Shown: positions 28,407-39,669, counted from the stretch's first letter. The stretch: 64,000 bases of DNA from Parcubacteria group bacterium Gr01-1014_13 (GCA_007376295.1 VMGB01000004.1:6569-70568); one strand, 5' to 3'. A program made the numbers and translations. Notes: generated from the sequence alone by a model not told the origin.

Positions 28407-29980
28407 ACCAACGCCTGTCCATTCATATCCTCGGGCTGAGTCAATTCCAATAACTTTAAAACTGTTGGCGCCACGTCTGCCAAAACTCCCACCGGTTGCA
28501 TTAGGCTTAAATCCCCTTCGGGCGCGTCTCCAGCCGGGCCAGCTTGCCCCATAAAATCTTTGCCGATGATAATTAACGGTACCGGATTGGTAGAGTGTTC
28601 TTTGTCTATAGCACCGGTCTGTAAATTTGACATTTCCTCGGCATTGCCATGATCGGCAGTTATAACTACCGCTCCGTTTTGCGCCAAAGCATGATCCGCA
28701 ATTTCCCCCAAACACTTGTCTGTAATTTCGCACGCTTTAATACCCGCCTGCAAATCACCGGTATGGGCAACCATATCAGGGTTAGCAAGATTTAAAACTA
28801 TAAAACCATATTTACCACTATCTATAGCTTTGTTTACCTCTTTGGTAATTTCTAAAGCAGACATCTCCGGTTTTTGATCATAACTGGAAACTTTTGGCGA
28901 TGGTATGAGCAATCTGTCTTCGCCCGGAAACGGCTCTTCCACCGTACCATTTAGAAAAAAAGTGACATGCGCGTATTTTTCTGTTTCGGCCACATGCAAC
29001 TGTTTCAAACCGGCTTTACTGACTACTTCGGCCAAAGAATTATGAACTATCACCGGAGGAAATGCCACTACTGTAGGCAGCTCTTTTTCGTATTCAGTCA
29101 TGGTGACAAAAAACAAATCATTTAAATACTCTTTGGAAAATTTACTAAAAGAAGGCACGACAAAAGCTTGGGCGAGCTCCCGCGCCCGATCTGGTCTGAA
29201 GTTAAAAAATATCACCGCATCGCCATTTTCTATAATAGCAACAGGCTTGTCATTGGATGTTAAAACTGTCGGAATAAATTCTTCATCATAATTTTTTTGC
29301 GCATAGGCTTCATCAATTGCTTGAATTGGATCTTCGGCATATCTGTCAGCTTTGCCCTCAGCCATGGCCCGATAGGCCTTCTCGCATCTATCCCAACGAT
29401 TATCACGATCCATGGCAAAGTAACGGCCGGACAAAGAAGCGATTTTTCCCACTTTAAATTCCGATATTTTTTGCTGCAATTCCAAGATGAAATCTTTCCC
29501 CGAATTATATAGAGCGTCACGGCCATCCAAAATAGCATGCACAAATACATTTTTGGTTAATTTTTCTTTTTTACAAAGCTCGAGCAAAGCATAAAGATGG
29601 GCGTTGCTGGCATGCACATTTCCAGAGCTGGTTAAACCGACCAGATGTAATTTGGATTTATTCGTTTTAACTTTGTTGATAGCAGATAAAAATGCGGGGT
29701 TGGTAAAAAATGTTCCATTTTCTATTCCTTGATTTATTCTTGGACAACTTTGATAATAAACTCTGCCGGCACCAATGTTTAAGTGGCCCACTTCGGAATT
29801 TCCCATTTCGCCAAATAACAATCCCACTTCGTTTCCTGAAGCATGAATAGTCATGGTTGGATAATTTTTTAAAAATTTTACAAAATTTGGCGTTTGTGCC
29901 TTGGTAATCGCATTACCTTCAGCGCTGGGGGCGACGCCCCAGCCATCCATAATCACTAGCACAACTGGTTTGTATTTCAT
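28403..29980 (-). CDS. gpmI: 2,3-bisphosphoglycerate-independent phosphoglycerate mutase, copy 1
   Basis: VIMDGWG, catalytic Ser in GNSEVGH, ADHGN. Confidence 0.9.
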   Translation of the reverse strand: MKYKPVVLVIMDGWGVAPSAEGNAITKAQTPNFVKFLKNYPTMTIHASGNEVGLLFGEMGNSEVGHLNIGAGRVYYQSCPRINQGIENGTFFTNPAFLSAINKVKTNKSKLHLVGLTSSGNVHASNAHLYALLELCKKEKLTKNVFVHAILDGRDALYNSGKDFILELQQKISEFKVGKIASLSGRYFAMDRDNRWDRCEKAYRAMAEGKADRYAEDPIQAIDEAYAQKNYDEEFIPTVLTSNDKPVAIIENGDAVIFFNFRPDRARELAQAFVVPSFSKFSKEYLNDLFFVTMTEYEKELPTVVAFPPVIVHNSLAEVVSKAGLKQLHVAETEKYAHVTFFLNGTVEEPFPGEDRLLIPSPKVSSYDQKPEMSALEITKEVNKAIDSGKYGFIVLNLANPDMVAHTGDLQAGIKACEITDKCLGEIADHALAQNGAVVITADHGNAEEMSNLQTGAIDKEHSTNPVPLIIIGKDFMGQAGPAGDAPEGDLSLMQPVGVLADVAPTVLKLLELTQPEDMNGQALV

Positions 29981-29990
29981 ACAAAATAAT

Positions 29991-31541
29991 TTAAATCAAA
30001 CTTTTAGCGGTCATTTCGACAGGCTTGACTATACCCATCATTTTTAAAATAGTCGGAGCAACATTAGCAAGTTTGCCATCTGGCAATTTACTTGGCACTT
30101 TTATGTGACTATTTATTAAAATAAGCGGCACTGGATTGGCGGAGTGTTCGGTATCTGGTTCGCCACTATTTGGATTTATCATTTCTTCTATATTACCATG
30201 ATCGGCCGTAATAACGCCCTGACCGCCATTTTTTATTAAAACTTTTATTATACGCGCAATTTCGCTATCGACAACACTCACAGCTTTTTGGGCGGCGGTA
30301 AAATTACCAGTGTGCCCAACCATATCCATATTGGCAAAATTCATGGCAATAAACTCATAATCTCCTGACTCTATAGCACCAATAGTATAATCGGCCAGCA
30401 ATTTAGCGCTCATTTCAGGCCTATCTTCATAATTTTTAACTTCTGGTGAAGCAATTTTTACCCATTTTTCATCACAAAAATGTTGGGCGTAGCCACCATT
30501 AAAAAAGTAGGTAATATGGGAAAATTTTTCTGACTCGGCTATATACATCTGTTTTCTCGGACATAACACCTGCACCAAACTACCTTCCACATCACGACTG
30601 GGAAAGGCCGTTAGAACTCCGGGCAAATCCGGACCAAAATCAGTCAAGGCCACAAAACGAATATTTTTAGGGAATTTACTTCGCGTAAATGCTCCCGGAT
30701 TAACTGTTTTAAAATCCGGTTGCATAAAAGCCTTGGTAAGCTGGCGAGCTCTGTCGCTACGCAAATTAAAAAAGAAAACAGCGTCATTATCTTTGATGGT
30801 GGCTACGGGATGTCCGTTCTCCATAATAACGGTTGGACAAACAAATTCATCTGTATCCTTTTTGTTATAAGAATCCCTCAAAGCCTCCACAACACTTGGA
30901 GCAGTACAGCCTTTTCCTACTACCATAGCCTCATAAGCCTGTTTAGTTCGATCCCAATCCTTATTTCTATCCATAGCATAAAATCTGCCCATTACTGTGG
31001 CCACTTTTTCATTGCCATGAAAAAATTTCTGCAAAATTTGCAGATGTTTATGAGCCTGAAATTGGCCGGAGTCTCTCCCGTCTGTAAAAAGATGCAAATA
31101 CACTTTTTTTATATTTTCTTTATACAACAAATCTAATAAAGCATACAGATGTTCTGGACAAGAATGGGCGCTGTTATGATTGGAAAGCAAGCCCATTAAA
31201 TGTACTGACGTTTTATATTTTTTCACATGGTGAAGCGCTTGATGAAAGGCGTTGTTTTTAAAAAATGTTCCATCTTCAATTGAATCGGATATAAAGAGCG
31301 CGTCTTGCTTTACCACTCGACCCGCGCCCAAATTTAAATGCCCGGCTTCACTGTTACCTTCCTGTCCTTTAAACAAACCAACACTCTCACCACTTGCTTC
31401 TAACTTGCAATTGGGAAATTTTTTTAGCATCGCAAAATAATTTGGCGCTGTTTTGGGGGTAATTGGGTTTCCTGGTTCTTTTTGATCCCCTACTCCCCAG
31501 CCATCCACAATAATCAAGAGTGTTGTTTTAAATTTGGACAT
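29991..31541 (-). CDS. gpmI: 2,3-bisphosphoglycerate-independent phosphoglycerate mutase, copy 2 (tandem paralog)
   Basis: IIVDGWG, GNSEAGH, ADHGN. Intact catalytic residues. Confidence 0.88.
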   Translation of the reverse strand: MSKFKTTLLIIVDGWGVGDQKEPGNPITPKTAPNYFAMLKKFPNCKLEASGESVGLFKGQEGNSEAGHLNLGAGRVVKQDALFISDSIEDGTFFKNNAFHQALHHVKKYKTSVHLMGLLSNHNSAHSCPEHLYALLDLLYKENIKKVYLHLFTDGRDSGQFQAHKHLQILQKFFHGNEKVATVMGRFYAMDRNKDWDRTKQAYEAMVVGKGCTAPSVVEALRDSYNKKDTDEFVCPTVIMENGHPVATIKDNDAVFFFNLRSDRARQLTKAFMQPDFKTVNPGAFTRSKFPKNIRFVALTDFGPDLPGVLTAFPSRDVEGSLVQVLCPRKQMYIAESEKFSHITYFFNGGYAQHFCDEKWVKIASPEVKNYEDRPEMSAKLLADYTIGAIESGDYEFIAMNFANMDMVGHTGNFTAAQKAVSVVDSEIARIIKVLIKNGGQGVITADHGNIEEMINPNSGEPDTEHSANPVPLILINSHIKVPSKLPDGKLANVAPTILKMMGIVKPVEMTAKSLI

Positions 31542-31550
31542 AAAAAATAA

Positions 31551-32798
31551 TTACAGCCCTAATTCCAATTCAATTTCCATTAAACGGTTATACTTTTCTA
31601 CTCTTTCGGAACGAGACATGGATCCGGTTTTAATAAATTCGGAATTCACCGCCACTGCCAAATCGGCAATAAAGGTGTCTGCGGTCTCGCCGCTACGGTG
31701 AGAAATAAAGATTTGATAATTATTTTTCCGGGCGAGGTTAATAGCTTCAATGGTTTCCGATAGTGTACCGATCTGATTTACTTTGATAAGCACAGTATTC
31801 CCCACTTGCTCTTCGATACCACGTTTAATCCGCTCGACATTGGTAACAAAAAGATCGTCACCAACTAAATTTATCTTCTTGCCTAATTCTTTCGTCAAAA
31901 TTTTCCAATTTTCCCAGTCATCCTCAGCCAAACCGTCTTCAATAGAAACAATTGGATATTTTTTCACCCACTGTTTAAGCACATCAATCATCTTGGCCGG
32001 ACGCCAACCCTGTTTTTTGCCAAGGAAATAATAATTGCCGTGGCGATAAAATTCCGAAGCGGCCACATCAAGCGCCAAAAAAACATGCTTGCCTGGTTCC
32101 CAACCGGCAAGTTTTATAGCTTCAAGAATTAATTGCACACCACGCTCATTGTTTAACAGTTCGGGCGCAAAACCTCCTTCGTCACCAACACCGGTTGAGT
32201 ATCCTTTTTGACTAAGTAAGTTTGCCAGCGAATGAAAAATCTGCGAACCCATGCGTACGCGTTCGCGCAATAATTTATGCCGCGGCATGATCATGAACTC
32301 CTGAACAGAAAGACCATTATCTGCATGGCGTCCGCCATTTATAATATTCATTCCCAATACTGGTAAACGATAATTTTTTTCGGAAATTTTATAAATATGT
32401 CGCAAATACTGATATAAAGGCATGTTCATTTCCTTTGCGCCGGCCCGAGCCACAGCTAAAGATACAGCTAAAATTGCATTAGCGCCCAATCTAGATTTAG
32501 TCTTAGTGCCATCTAAAGCAATCATTTTGGCATCTATCTCTTGAATTTTTTCCACTTCCATTCCACAAACCGCTTTGGCAATTTCGGTGTTCACGTTTTT
32601 TACCGCCCGCAAAACTCCCTTGCCGCCGTAACGCTTACCCCCATCTCGCAATTCTAAAGCTTCGTGCGTACCGGTAGAAGCTCCAGAAGGAACTTTTGCC
32701 ACTGCGCTTATACCATTCTCCAAAACCACCTTAGCTTCGACTGTTGGATTCCCTCGTGAGTCCAGTATTTCACGGGCAATAACTTGCTTAATTTTCAT
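31551..32798 (-). CDS. eno: Enolase
   Basis: [31 protein letters not shown] motif. Confidence 0.95.
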   Translation of the reverse strand: MKIKQVIAREILDSRGNPTVEAKVVLENGISAVAKVPSGASTGTHEALELRDGGKRYGGKGVLRAVKNVNTEIAKAVCGMEVEKIQEIDAKMIALDGTKTKSRLGANAILAVSLAVARAGAKEMNMPLYQYLRHIYKISEKNYRLPVLGMNIINGGRHADNGLSVQEFMIMPRHKLLRERVRMGSQIFHSLANLLSQKGYSTGVGDEGGFAPELLNNERGVQLILEAIKLAGWEPGKHVFLALDVAASEFYRHGNYYFLGKKQGWRPAKMIDVLKQWVKKYPIVSIEDGLAEDDWENWKILTKELGKKINLVGDDLFVTNVERIKRGIEEQVGNTVLIKVNQIGTLSETIEAINLARKNNYQIFISHRSGETADTFIADLAVAVNSEFIKTGSMSRSERVEKYNRLMEIELELGL

Positions 32799-32894
32799 AT
32801 ATTATAGGAGTGTGAGTTAAGAAGGCCATTATACCATGACCTTTATCAACAAAAAAGAGCATATTTCTAGCTCCTTTTTGTTTTTGAGATTTAT

Positions 32895-33701
32895 TTATAG
32901 TAGCTCGTAAGTGACATTTACATTCATGCTTACGTCTCTGCTTCCTCCAGATATGGCTGCTGGAGCTGTTCCCCCCATACCTCCCACGCTGTCTTTCATC
33001 ATCAGTTGGGGTTGATAAAAATCAGTACCACCTTCATATTCATTGTAAGTAATTACTCCTCCCAACCGTAGACCCAAAACCTTGGCTAAATGTTCTCCTC
33101 TTACTTTCGCGTCCATTAGCGCTTTGTCACGCGCTTGAGATTTTAAATTCTCCGGTTCGTCGATAGTAAAACTTAAACCATTTACTTCCGTGGCTCCATA
33201 TTTTCCAGCCAAAGACAACACATTACTAATTTTGTTTAAGTCTCTTATTTTGATAGTTAAACTATTGCTTACTCTATAACCTTTTAATTCCTGTCCTCTA
33301 TCTTCAGTATAATTATAATCTGGATAAATCGAATAGCTGCTTTGCAAATCCTTTTCCGCTATACCTATTTTCTTTAATTCCGCAAAAATTTGATCCATTA
33401 CTTTTTTATTATCTGCTTGAGCCTTGGCCACATCTTTGTCGGTATTAGAATATCCCATAGTAGTAACCGCAATATCATTACTGCCACTAACTTTTCCAAA
33501 ACCGGCCACAGTTATAGTTCTCTCCATGCGATCGGTTTTACCAATAAAATTATACTGCTTTATATTATTGCGTATGAGGGTTCCCACATAAACTACTCCG
33601 TAAACTAACAAAATAGCAGCAGCAGTCATTACTATTTTTTTCCCAAAACTGCCATAAAAATCCCACATTGAATCTTTGTTTCCACCTGTTGGTAATGCCA
33701 T
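32895..33701 (-). CDS. SIMPL-domain (DUF541) membrane-anchored protein
   Basis: N-terminal TM helix. ISGGSRDVSMNVNVTYEL C-terminus typical of SIMPL/26-kDa periplasmic immunogenic protein family. Confidence 0.55.
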   Translation of the reverse strand: MALPTGGNKDSMWDFYGSFGKKIVMTAAAILLVYGVVYVGTLIRNNIKQYNFIGKTDRMERTITVAGFGKVSGSNDIAVTTMGYSNTDKDVAKAQADNKKVMDQIFAELKKIGIAEKDLQSSYSIYPDYNYTEDRGQELKGYRVSNSLTIKIRDLNKISNVLSLAGKYGATEVNGLSFTIDEPENLKSQARDKALMDAKVRGEHLAKVLGLRLGGVITYNEYEGGTDFYQPQLMMKDSVGGMGGTAPAAISGGSRDVSMNVNVTYELL

Positions 33702-33725
33702 ACTTAAAATTTTTAAATGAATTAA

Positions 33726-34901
33726 TTACCTTTTTAAGACTTCTATTCCGGGTAATTTCTTACCACTTAGATATTCTAGCATAGATCCGCCACCAGTTGA
33801 AGCCATGTCAATATCCCCAATCAAATGTAGCTTTTTTAAGACTTCCATAGTTTCACCGCCACCGGTAATGCCAAATGCCCTTCCCTTTGCTCTGGCTGCC
33901 AACAAACGCGCTACTGAATAGGTTCCGTATTCATATGGATGCTGTTCAAAATAGCCCATGGCACCATTCCAAACCAAAGTATTGGCTTTTTTTATATAAC
34001 GAGAAAATAACTTTATTGTCCTTGGGCCGATATCATATACGGCAAGTTCTTTGTTCTTTAAATTTAATTTCTTTATCTCTGTAGCCCTGGCCAGCTTGCC
34101 ATCTTTGGTGCCAACAATAACATCTACCGGCAAAATAACTTTTCTTTTTGAACAATACCGCAAAATTTCTTTTTTAAAATTCTTATCAATGAGCGACCCA
34201 CCCACTTTATAGCCTTTTGCCCAAAGATAAGTGCTTAAAATTCCACCGCCCACTAAAATATAATTTGCCTTTTTTAATAAATTTTTTAATACAGGAATTT
34301 TTGTTTCCATTTTTACTCCTCCCAACATTACCACAAATGGTTTCTTCGGACTTTGGAGGGACCGATTCAAGCCTTCAATTTCTTCTTCAAGTAATAATCC
34401 AGCGTAAGCTGGCAGGTGCTTGGCTATGCCAGTGACTGAAGCTGCGTGGCGATGAGCTACTGCAAACCCGTCCATAACAAAAATCTCTGCCAAACCGGCT
34501 AATTCCTTGGCTAATTTTTCTGAATTCTCCGGCTCACCTTTAACAAAACGAATATTTTCAAGCATTACCACTGTACTGGGAAATAATTTATCAATTTGTG
34601 TTTTTGTTTTTTTTAAATCTAAAACATCAAATAATTTAACATTTTTTTGTAAAAACTTACCCAATTCAGCCGCGACCGGTTTGAGGCTCAATTTTTTATC
34701 AACCCCCTCTGGTCTGCCCAAATGGCTGACTAAAATTACTTTAGCCCTCTTCTCTACTAAAAATTTTATCGTGGCTAAACTTTTTTTTATTTTATAATTA
34801 TCTAAAACTTTGCCATTTTTTACCGGTACATTAAAATCAACGCGTACCAACACGTTTTTGTTAGCCAAATTTTTTACTTGTTCAATTGATTTTATACGCA
34901 T
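33726..34901 (-). CDS. pgk: Phosphoglycerate kinase
   Basis: VLVRVDFNVP, GGGASLE-like GGGSMLEYL. Confidence 0.92.
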   Translation of the reverse strand: MRIKSIEQVKNLANKNVLVRVDFNVPVKNGKVLDNYKIKKSLATIKFLVEKRAKVILVSHLGRPEGVDKKLSLKPVAAELGKFLQKNVKLFDVLDLKKTKTQIDKLFPSTVVMLENIRFVKGEPENSEKLAKELAGLAEIFVMDGFAVAHRHAASVTGIAKHLPAYAGLLLEEEIEGLNRSLQSPKKPFVVMLGGVKMETKIPVLKNLLKKANYILVGGGILSTYLWAKGYKVGGSLIDKNFKKEILRYCSKRKVILPVDVIVGTKDGKLARATEIKKLNLKNKELAVYDIGPRTIKLFSRYIKKANTLVWNGAMGYFEQHPYEYGTYSVARLLAARAKGRAFGITGGGETMEVLKKLHLIGDIDMASTGGGSMLEYLSGKKLPGIEVLKR

Positions 34902-34936
34902 TTTGTAGTTCTACCCTACCATTATACCACAAAAAA

Positions 34937-35944
34937 CTATTCTACTAAATTTTCGTATCCGGACTCATCTGGCCACAGATAATGGCTGAATGACCATTCT
35001 GCCAAATCACGGGCTTCACTAAATCTATCTTCATTGGTGGCGGCGCCAAATACTACCACTGTGATGCTATGTTTTTTTTCATTGGTTAAACTGACTGCAA
35101 AATTATAGCCAGAATCATCTATATACCCCGTCTTGCCGGCAATATTTTCCACTTTAAAATTATTCGGAACCCAATTTGTTAACAACCAATTGGTTGTCCA
35201 AACCCTTCTGGCCTTATTACCATTTAAAGGATGAGAATAGTATTCTCCAGTCTGCACTGTAGTATAAATTTTTTCAAATTTTAGAGCATCTATAAGCAAC
35301 TTGGCCGTATCCAAAGCGTTGGCCATATTTCTGTCAGACAAACCCGTGGGTTCGGCAAAACGAGCCGAAGATAACCGAAGTTCTTTTGCCTTTTCATTCA
35401 TCAAGGCCACGAATTTTTCTTTGGGCATGCCTGTATTTCTCACTAAAGCATTTATCGCTGAGTTGGAAGATCCAATTAGTGCCACGTGCCACAAATCATC
35501 CAGGGTAAATTCTTCACCAGCATTAATATGATGATCGCCTTCCATATCACCATCGGTGATTATAGTTGTCGATGCCCAGTTTATAGGCAAATCCAAAAGT
35601 ACTACCGCGGTCATAAGTTTAGTAATACTGGCTAAAGAACGAATTTGGTCTGTATTTTTGCTAAAAAGTACAGTTTTTGTTTTGGTGTCTACCACAATCG
35701 CGGAAGCAGCCGTACTGGAACCGGAAAAATTACCCTTATCTTTTGCTAAAGGAATCGCCGGCTTACTAACAGGTAAATTATCTAAATATACATCACCACC
35801 AACTGGCATTCTCTTGCCACTGGTAGGAAATTGAAAAAAGGAAAATTTATCTTCCGAAGCAAAATAAATTGAAGAAAAAAATAATAAAAAAACACCCACC
35901 AACATGATGCCGAAAGATGAAAAAAAATCTACAAATCTTTTCAT
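34937..35944 (-). CDS. Serine-type D-Ala-D-Ala carboxypeptidase (S11/PBP5-like)
   Basis: Signal/TM N-terminus. SITKLMTA (SxxK), SGS SxN-like, KTG. Confidence 0.7.
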   Translation of the reverse strand: MKRFVDFFSSFGIMLVGVFLLFFSSIYFASEDKFSFFQFPTSGKRMPVGGDVYLDNLPVSKPAIPLAKDKGNFSGSSTAASAIVVDTKTKTVLFSKNTDQIRSLASITKLMTAVVLLDLPINWASTTIITDGDMEGDHHINAGEEFTLDDLWHVALIGSSNSAINALVRNTGMPKEKFVALMNEKAKELRLSSARFAEPTGLSDRNMANALDTAKLLIDALKFEKIYTTVQTGEYYSHPLNGNKARRVWTTNWLLTNWVPNNFKVENIAGKTGYIDDSGYNFAVSLTNEKKHSITVVVFGAATNEDRFSEARDLAEWSFSHYLWPDESGYENLVE

Positions 35945-35949
35945 ACCAT

Positions 35950-36486
35950 CTATTGCTCTTCCCCCAAATTGGTAATATATGGGTGCTGATGTAACTGCGA
36001 ATAATTTGGCAATTCCTCTAAACTATTTAAACCCAAATGTCTTAAATAGTCCATAGTGATTTCATATACTGGCAAAAGACTGGCCCCGTCTTCGTTTTCT
36101 TTTATCAAACCACGTAACATTAAATTACGCAAAATTAAGCCACAATTTACACCTCTGATCTGCTCCAGCTCCGGCTTAGTGATTGGTCCGCAATAAGAAA
36201 CTACCGTTAGAGTTTCCAACTGTGGTCGAGTGAGCTCGCCTGAAACTTCTGATTTCAAAAAATTTTCTGAGGTTTCTTTATTCTCGGCACTGGCCACCAT
36301 CTGCCACTCATCTCCATTTTGCAAAATAGCTATACCCGAATCAGCATGGTTGTATTTTTGTTGCAAGCTTTTTAAAACCTCTACCGCTTCTTCGTTATCA
36401 ATCTTCAGAACAGCCGCTATCTTTTTGGTTGGTAGTGGCTTGGAAGCAACAAATAATACGGATTCAATTTTTGATTTATGGGACAT
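35950..36486 (-). CDS. scpB: Segregation and condensation protein B
   Basis: Winged-helix pair. ELTRPQLETLTVVSYCGPITKPELEQIRGV. Confidence 0.8.
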   Translation of the reverse strand: MSHKSKIESVLFVASKPLPTKKIAAVLKIDNEEAVEVLKSLQQKYNHADSGIAILQNGDEWQMVASAENKETSENFLKSEVSGELTRPQLETLTVVSYCGPITKPELEQIRGVNCGLILRNLMLRGLIKENEDGASLLPVYEITMDYLRHLGLNSLEELPNYSQLHQHPYITNLGEEQ

Positions 36487-36555
36487 ACTAATTTTTTATA
36501 CAAAGTGAGAGAAATTAAAATTTATTTTAATTTCCGAGCGTGTATGAAAAATACC

Positions 36556-37254
36556 TTAAGTATTTTTAACGACTAACAAATCTTCAAACGCATTTACCTG
36601 TCTAAAACGTACTGATTGTTGTTTAACCAATTCCAAAATGGCCAAAAAACTGACTATGACTTCGGTTTTGTTTTGCGCCGAAGACAAGATATCTTTAAAA
36701 CTTAATTCTTTTCCATTTTTTAATAAATTACGAATAGAATCTATTTTTTGCTTTATAGAAACAGAATGATCGATCGTAACTTTTGGCAAGGCTTCCAGCG
36801 GCTTCAAACGACCTAGCAAAAATACCATGGAGTCATGTAAATTTTTTGCAGCTGCATTTAGCGGCAAAATGAACTCCTTATTTTTTACTGGCGGTTCAAT
36901 TCTGCCGTAAGCAATTTTATTTGCCTCCCACAGGCTATTTACCACCTTACTTGCCTCTACATATTGCTTATACAATTTTAATTGATCTGCCAATCCCGGG
37001 CCAGAATCCTCTTCTTCGGGATAAGCGTACTGCAATAAACTATGCGACTTCAGATAAATAAGTCTGGCCGCTACCACCAAAAAATCAGCTAATTCTTCAG
37101 GGCGATTTTTCTCCAGCTTATCCAGATAAGAAAAAAATTGCTCAGTAACCTTGGCCAGGGCAATTTCGGTGATACCCAACTTCTCCTGATCAACCAGCTG
37201 CAATAACAAATCCAATGGACCTTCAAATTTTTCTAATTTTAAATCTGTGGGCAT
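36556..37254 (-). CDS. scpA: Segregation and condensation protein A
   Basis: FEGPLDLLLQLV N-terminal kleisin motif. Confidence 0.8.
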   Translation of the reverse strand: MPTDLKLEKFEGPLDLLLQLVDQEKLGITEIALAKVTEQFFSYLDKLEKNRPEELADFLVVAARLIYLKSHSLLQYAYPEEEDSGPGLADQLKLYKQYVEASKVVNSLWEANKIAYGRIEPPVKNKEFILPLNAAAKNLHDSMVFLLGRLKPLEALPKVTIDHSVSIKQKIDSIRNLLKNGKELSFKDILSSAQNKTEVIVSFLAILELVKQQSVRFRQVNAFEDLLVVKNT

Positions 37255-37258
37255 GAAA

Positions 37259-38647
37259 CTATTCGCCTAATTTTATATGTACATCTTTTAACGCTTGATC
37301 TGGCAAAGGCGACGGGGCGTTCATCATCAAATCTCTGGCATCACCGGTTTTAGGGAAGGCCATTACTTCGCGAATATTTTCTTCCCCTTGTAAAATAGCG
37401 ATTATTCTATCAAGTCCCAAAGCTATACCACCATGCGGAGGCGGACCAAAAGTAAAGGCTTCTAATATATGGCCGAAGCGAGATTGGATTTCTGTTTCTG
37501 ACAAACCGAGAAGTTCAAAAACTTTTTTTTGTAATTCTCTTTCAAAAATTCTCAAACTGCCGCCGCCTATTTCAAAACCATTTAACACAATGTCATAAGC
37601 TGCTGCTCGAGCTTTGACTGGATTTTTATCAAGCAAACCCAAATCCTCGTTGTTTGGTCTGGTAAAAGGATGGTGCATTGCTCCCAAATTTCCATCTTTG
37701 TCTTTTTCAAACATTGGAAAATCTACTACCCAGCCAAAAGCCAAAGTGTTGGCATCGTTTTTATCTTTTCTTAAATCCGGCTTGTCATTACCATATTTCT
37801 CCATAGCTTCTTGGTAAGTAAGCCTGGGGAATGGTTTTTCCTGAATTTGTAAGTGAGGAAATAATTTTTCTACCATGGCTATCATCGCTTTTTCTATAAG
37901 CTGAATAATATCTTCTTGAGAGATAAAAGACATTTCCACATCTAACTGGGTAAATTCTGGTTGACGGTCACCGCGTTGATCTTCATCTCGAAAACATCTG
38001 GCCACTTGAAAATATTTTTCCATACCTGCCACCATTAGCAATTGCTTAAATTGTTGCGGTGATTGCGGCAAGACATAAAATTCATGTTTGTGCAGACGGG
38101 ATGGCACAATAAATTCGCGGGCGCCTTCAGGAGTTCCTTTTGTTAAATTCGGGGTTTCAATTTCCAAAAATCCTTGATCCGCAAGATAATTTCGTAAAAA
38201 TAAATTAATTTTATGGCGAACTTCAATATTTTTTTTCAATCTTTCGGAGCGCAGATCTAGATAGCGATACTTTAATCGCATTTCTTCATTTATTACTTTG
38301 GTATCTGTGCTAACATCAAAAGGCATAGCTTCCGACTCTGTTAAAACTTTAAAAGATTTCGCCAAAATTTCTACATTGCCCGTGGCCATGTCGGGATTTT
38401 TTTGTTTGGCCCCGCGTTCTTGCACCACCCCTTTTATTTCTACACAATATTCCAATCTGGTTTTCTTTACATCTTCGTTAGAAACTTCATCCAACTCGCT
38501 AGGCACACAAACTACCTGCACAACCCCAGACCGGTCGCGCAAATCAAAAAAAACAATCTTGCTCATATTACGACGAGCATTTACCCAACCATAAAGCAAA
38601 ACTTCCTCCCCCACCTTATTTACAGTTTCAGTTGCTTGAAGACGCAT
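37259..38647 (-). CDS. aspS: Aspartyl-tRNA synthetase (short archaeal/eukaryal-type class II; AsnRS not fully excluded)
   Basis: LPQSPQQFKQLLM and FRDEDQRGDRQPEFTQLD (motif 2), GLGLDRII (motif 3). Confidence 0.8.
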   Translation of the reverse strand: MRLQATETVNKVGEEVLLYGWVNARRNMSKIVFFDLRDRSGVVQVVCVPSELDEVSNEDVKKTRLEYCVEIKGVVQERGAKQKNPDMATGNVEILAKSFKVLTESEAMPFDVSTDTKVINEEMRLKYRYLDLRSERLKKNIEVRHKINLFLRNYLADQGFLEIETPNLTKGTPEGAREFIVPSRLHKHEFYVLPQSPQQFKQLLMVAGMEKYFQVARCFRDEDQRGDRQPEFTQLDVEMSFISQEDIIQLIEKAMIAMVEKLFPHLQIQEKPFPRLTYQEAMEKYGNDKPDLRKDKNDANTLAFGWVVDFPMFEKDKDGNLGAMHHPFTRPNNEDLGLLDKNPVKARAAAYDIVLNGFEIGGGSLRIFERELQKKVFELLGLSETEIQSRFGHILEAFTFGPPPHGGIALGLDRIIAILQGEENIREVMAFPKTGDARDLMMNAPSPLPDQALKDVHIKLGE

Positions 38648-38655
38648 AAAATTAA

Positions 38656-39654
38656 TTAAGAAGTATACAATTCTGCAATTTCTATCAAACGATTCGCATA
38701 ACCAACTTCGTTGTCATACCATGCTACAACTTTTACCAAATTACCACCCACAACATTCGTTAATTTTAAATCCACAATCGCAGAATGCGTATTGCCCACA
38801 AAATCTGAAGACACTAGTTCTTCACTGGTAGTAGTAAGCACGCCGGCAAATCTTTCAGTCTTGGAAGCATCGATCATCGCTTGGTTAATTTCTTCTTTGG
38901 TTACATTTTTCTTTAGCAAAACAGTCATATCAGAAACAGACACAGTTGGCACTGGCACGCGCAGAGCCAGTCCGTCAAAAACATTTACCAGACTAGGAAT
39001 AACTTCCGTAACAGCTATAGCGGCCCCGGTAGTGGTGGGTACAATATTTTGGGCAGCGGCCCTAGCTCGGCGCAAATCTTTATGCGGGCCGTCTTGTAAG
39101 TTTTGATCAGCTGTATAGCCATGAGCGGTGGTCATCATCGCCTTTTCTATACCAAATGTTTCGTTTAGCACAGCCATTACCGGTCCAATGCTGTTGGTGG
39201 TGCAAGACGCATTGTTAATGACCGCAGAAGTCTCCTTGTGGCATTTGGCGCAGTTTACAGCGCGTACATAGGTCGGCACATCTCCGCCCTTGGCCGGAGC
39301 GCTGATAATAACCTTTTCGGCACCAGCTTTGATATGCATTTCTGCCCCCTCTTTATTAGTAAACCGGCCTGTACACTCCAAAACTACTTCCACTTTTAAT
39401 TTTCCCCAAGGCAAAGCAGTCGGATCTTTTTCGGCAAATACAGGAATTTTATGACCATCAACAATCAAATTTTTCTCATCATGTTCTACGGACAAATCAT
39501 ATTGGCCGTAAGCAGTATCATATTTTAATAAATGCGCCAATGTTTTGGTATCAGTTAAATCATTGATAGCAACAACCTTTATATTTTTTTTGGTCATAGC
39601 AACTTTGAAAGCTTGTCGACCAATACGACCGAAACCGTTTATTGCAATGTTCAT
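38656..39654 (-). CDS. gap: Glyceraldehyde-3-phosphate dehydrogenase
   Basis: INGFGRIGR, SCTTN active-site Cys. Confidence 0.92.
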   Translation of the reverse strand: MNIAINGFGRIGRQAFKVAMTKKNIKVVAINDLTDTKTLAHLLKYDTAYGQYDLSVEHDEKNLIVDGHKIPVFAEKDPTALPWGKLKVEVVLECTGRFTNKEGAEMHIKAGAEKVIISAPAKGGDVPTYVRAVNCAKCHKETSAVINNASCTTNSIGPVMAVLNETFGIEKAMMTTAHGYTADQNLQDGPHKDLRRARAAAQNIVPTTTGAAIAVTEVIPSLVNVFDGLALRVPVPTVSVSDMTVLLKKNVTKEEINQAMIDASKTERFAGVLTTTSEELVSSDFVGNTHSAIVDLKLTNVVGGNLVKVVAWYDNEVGYANRLIEIAELYTS

Positions 39655-39669
39655 AGAAAAAAACAAAAA

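Noticed and set aside
27941-28733. Minus-strand ORFs of 134 and 122 aa
   Set aside because: Antisense to or overlapping the DHH paralog and gpmI. No SD. Low-complexity translations.
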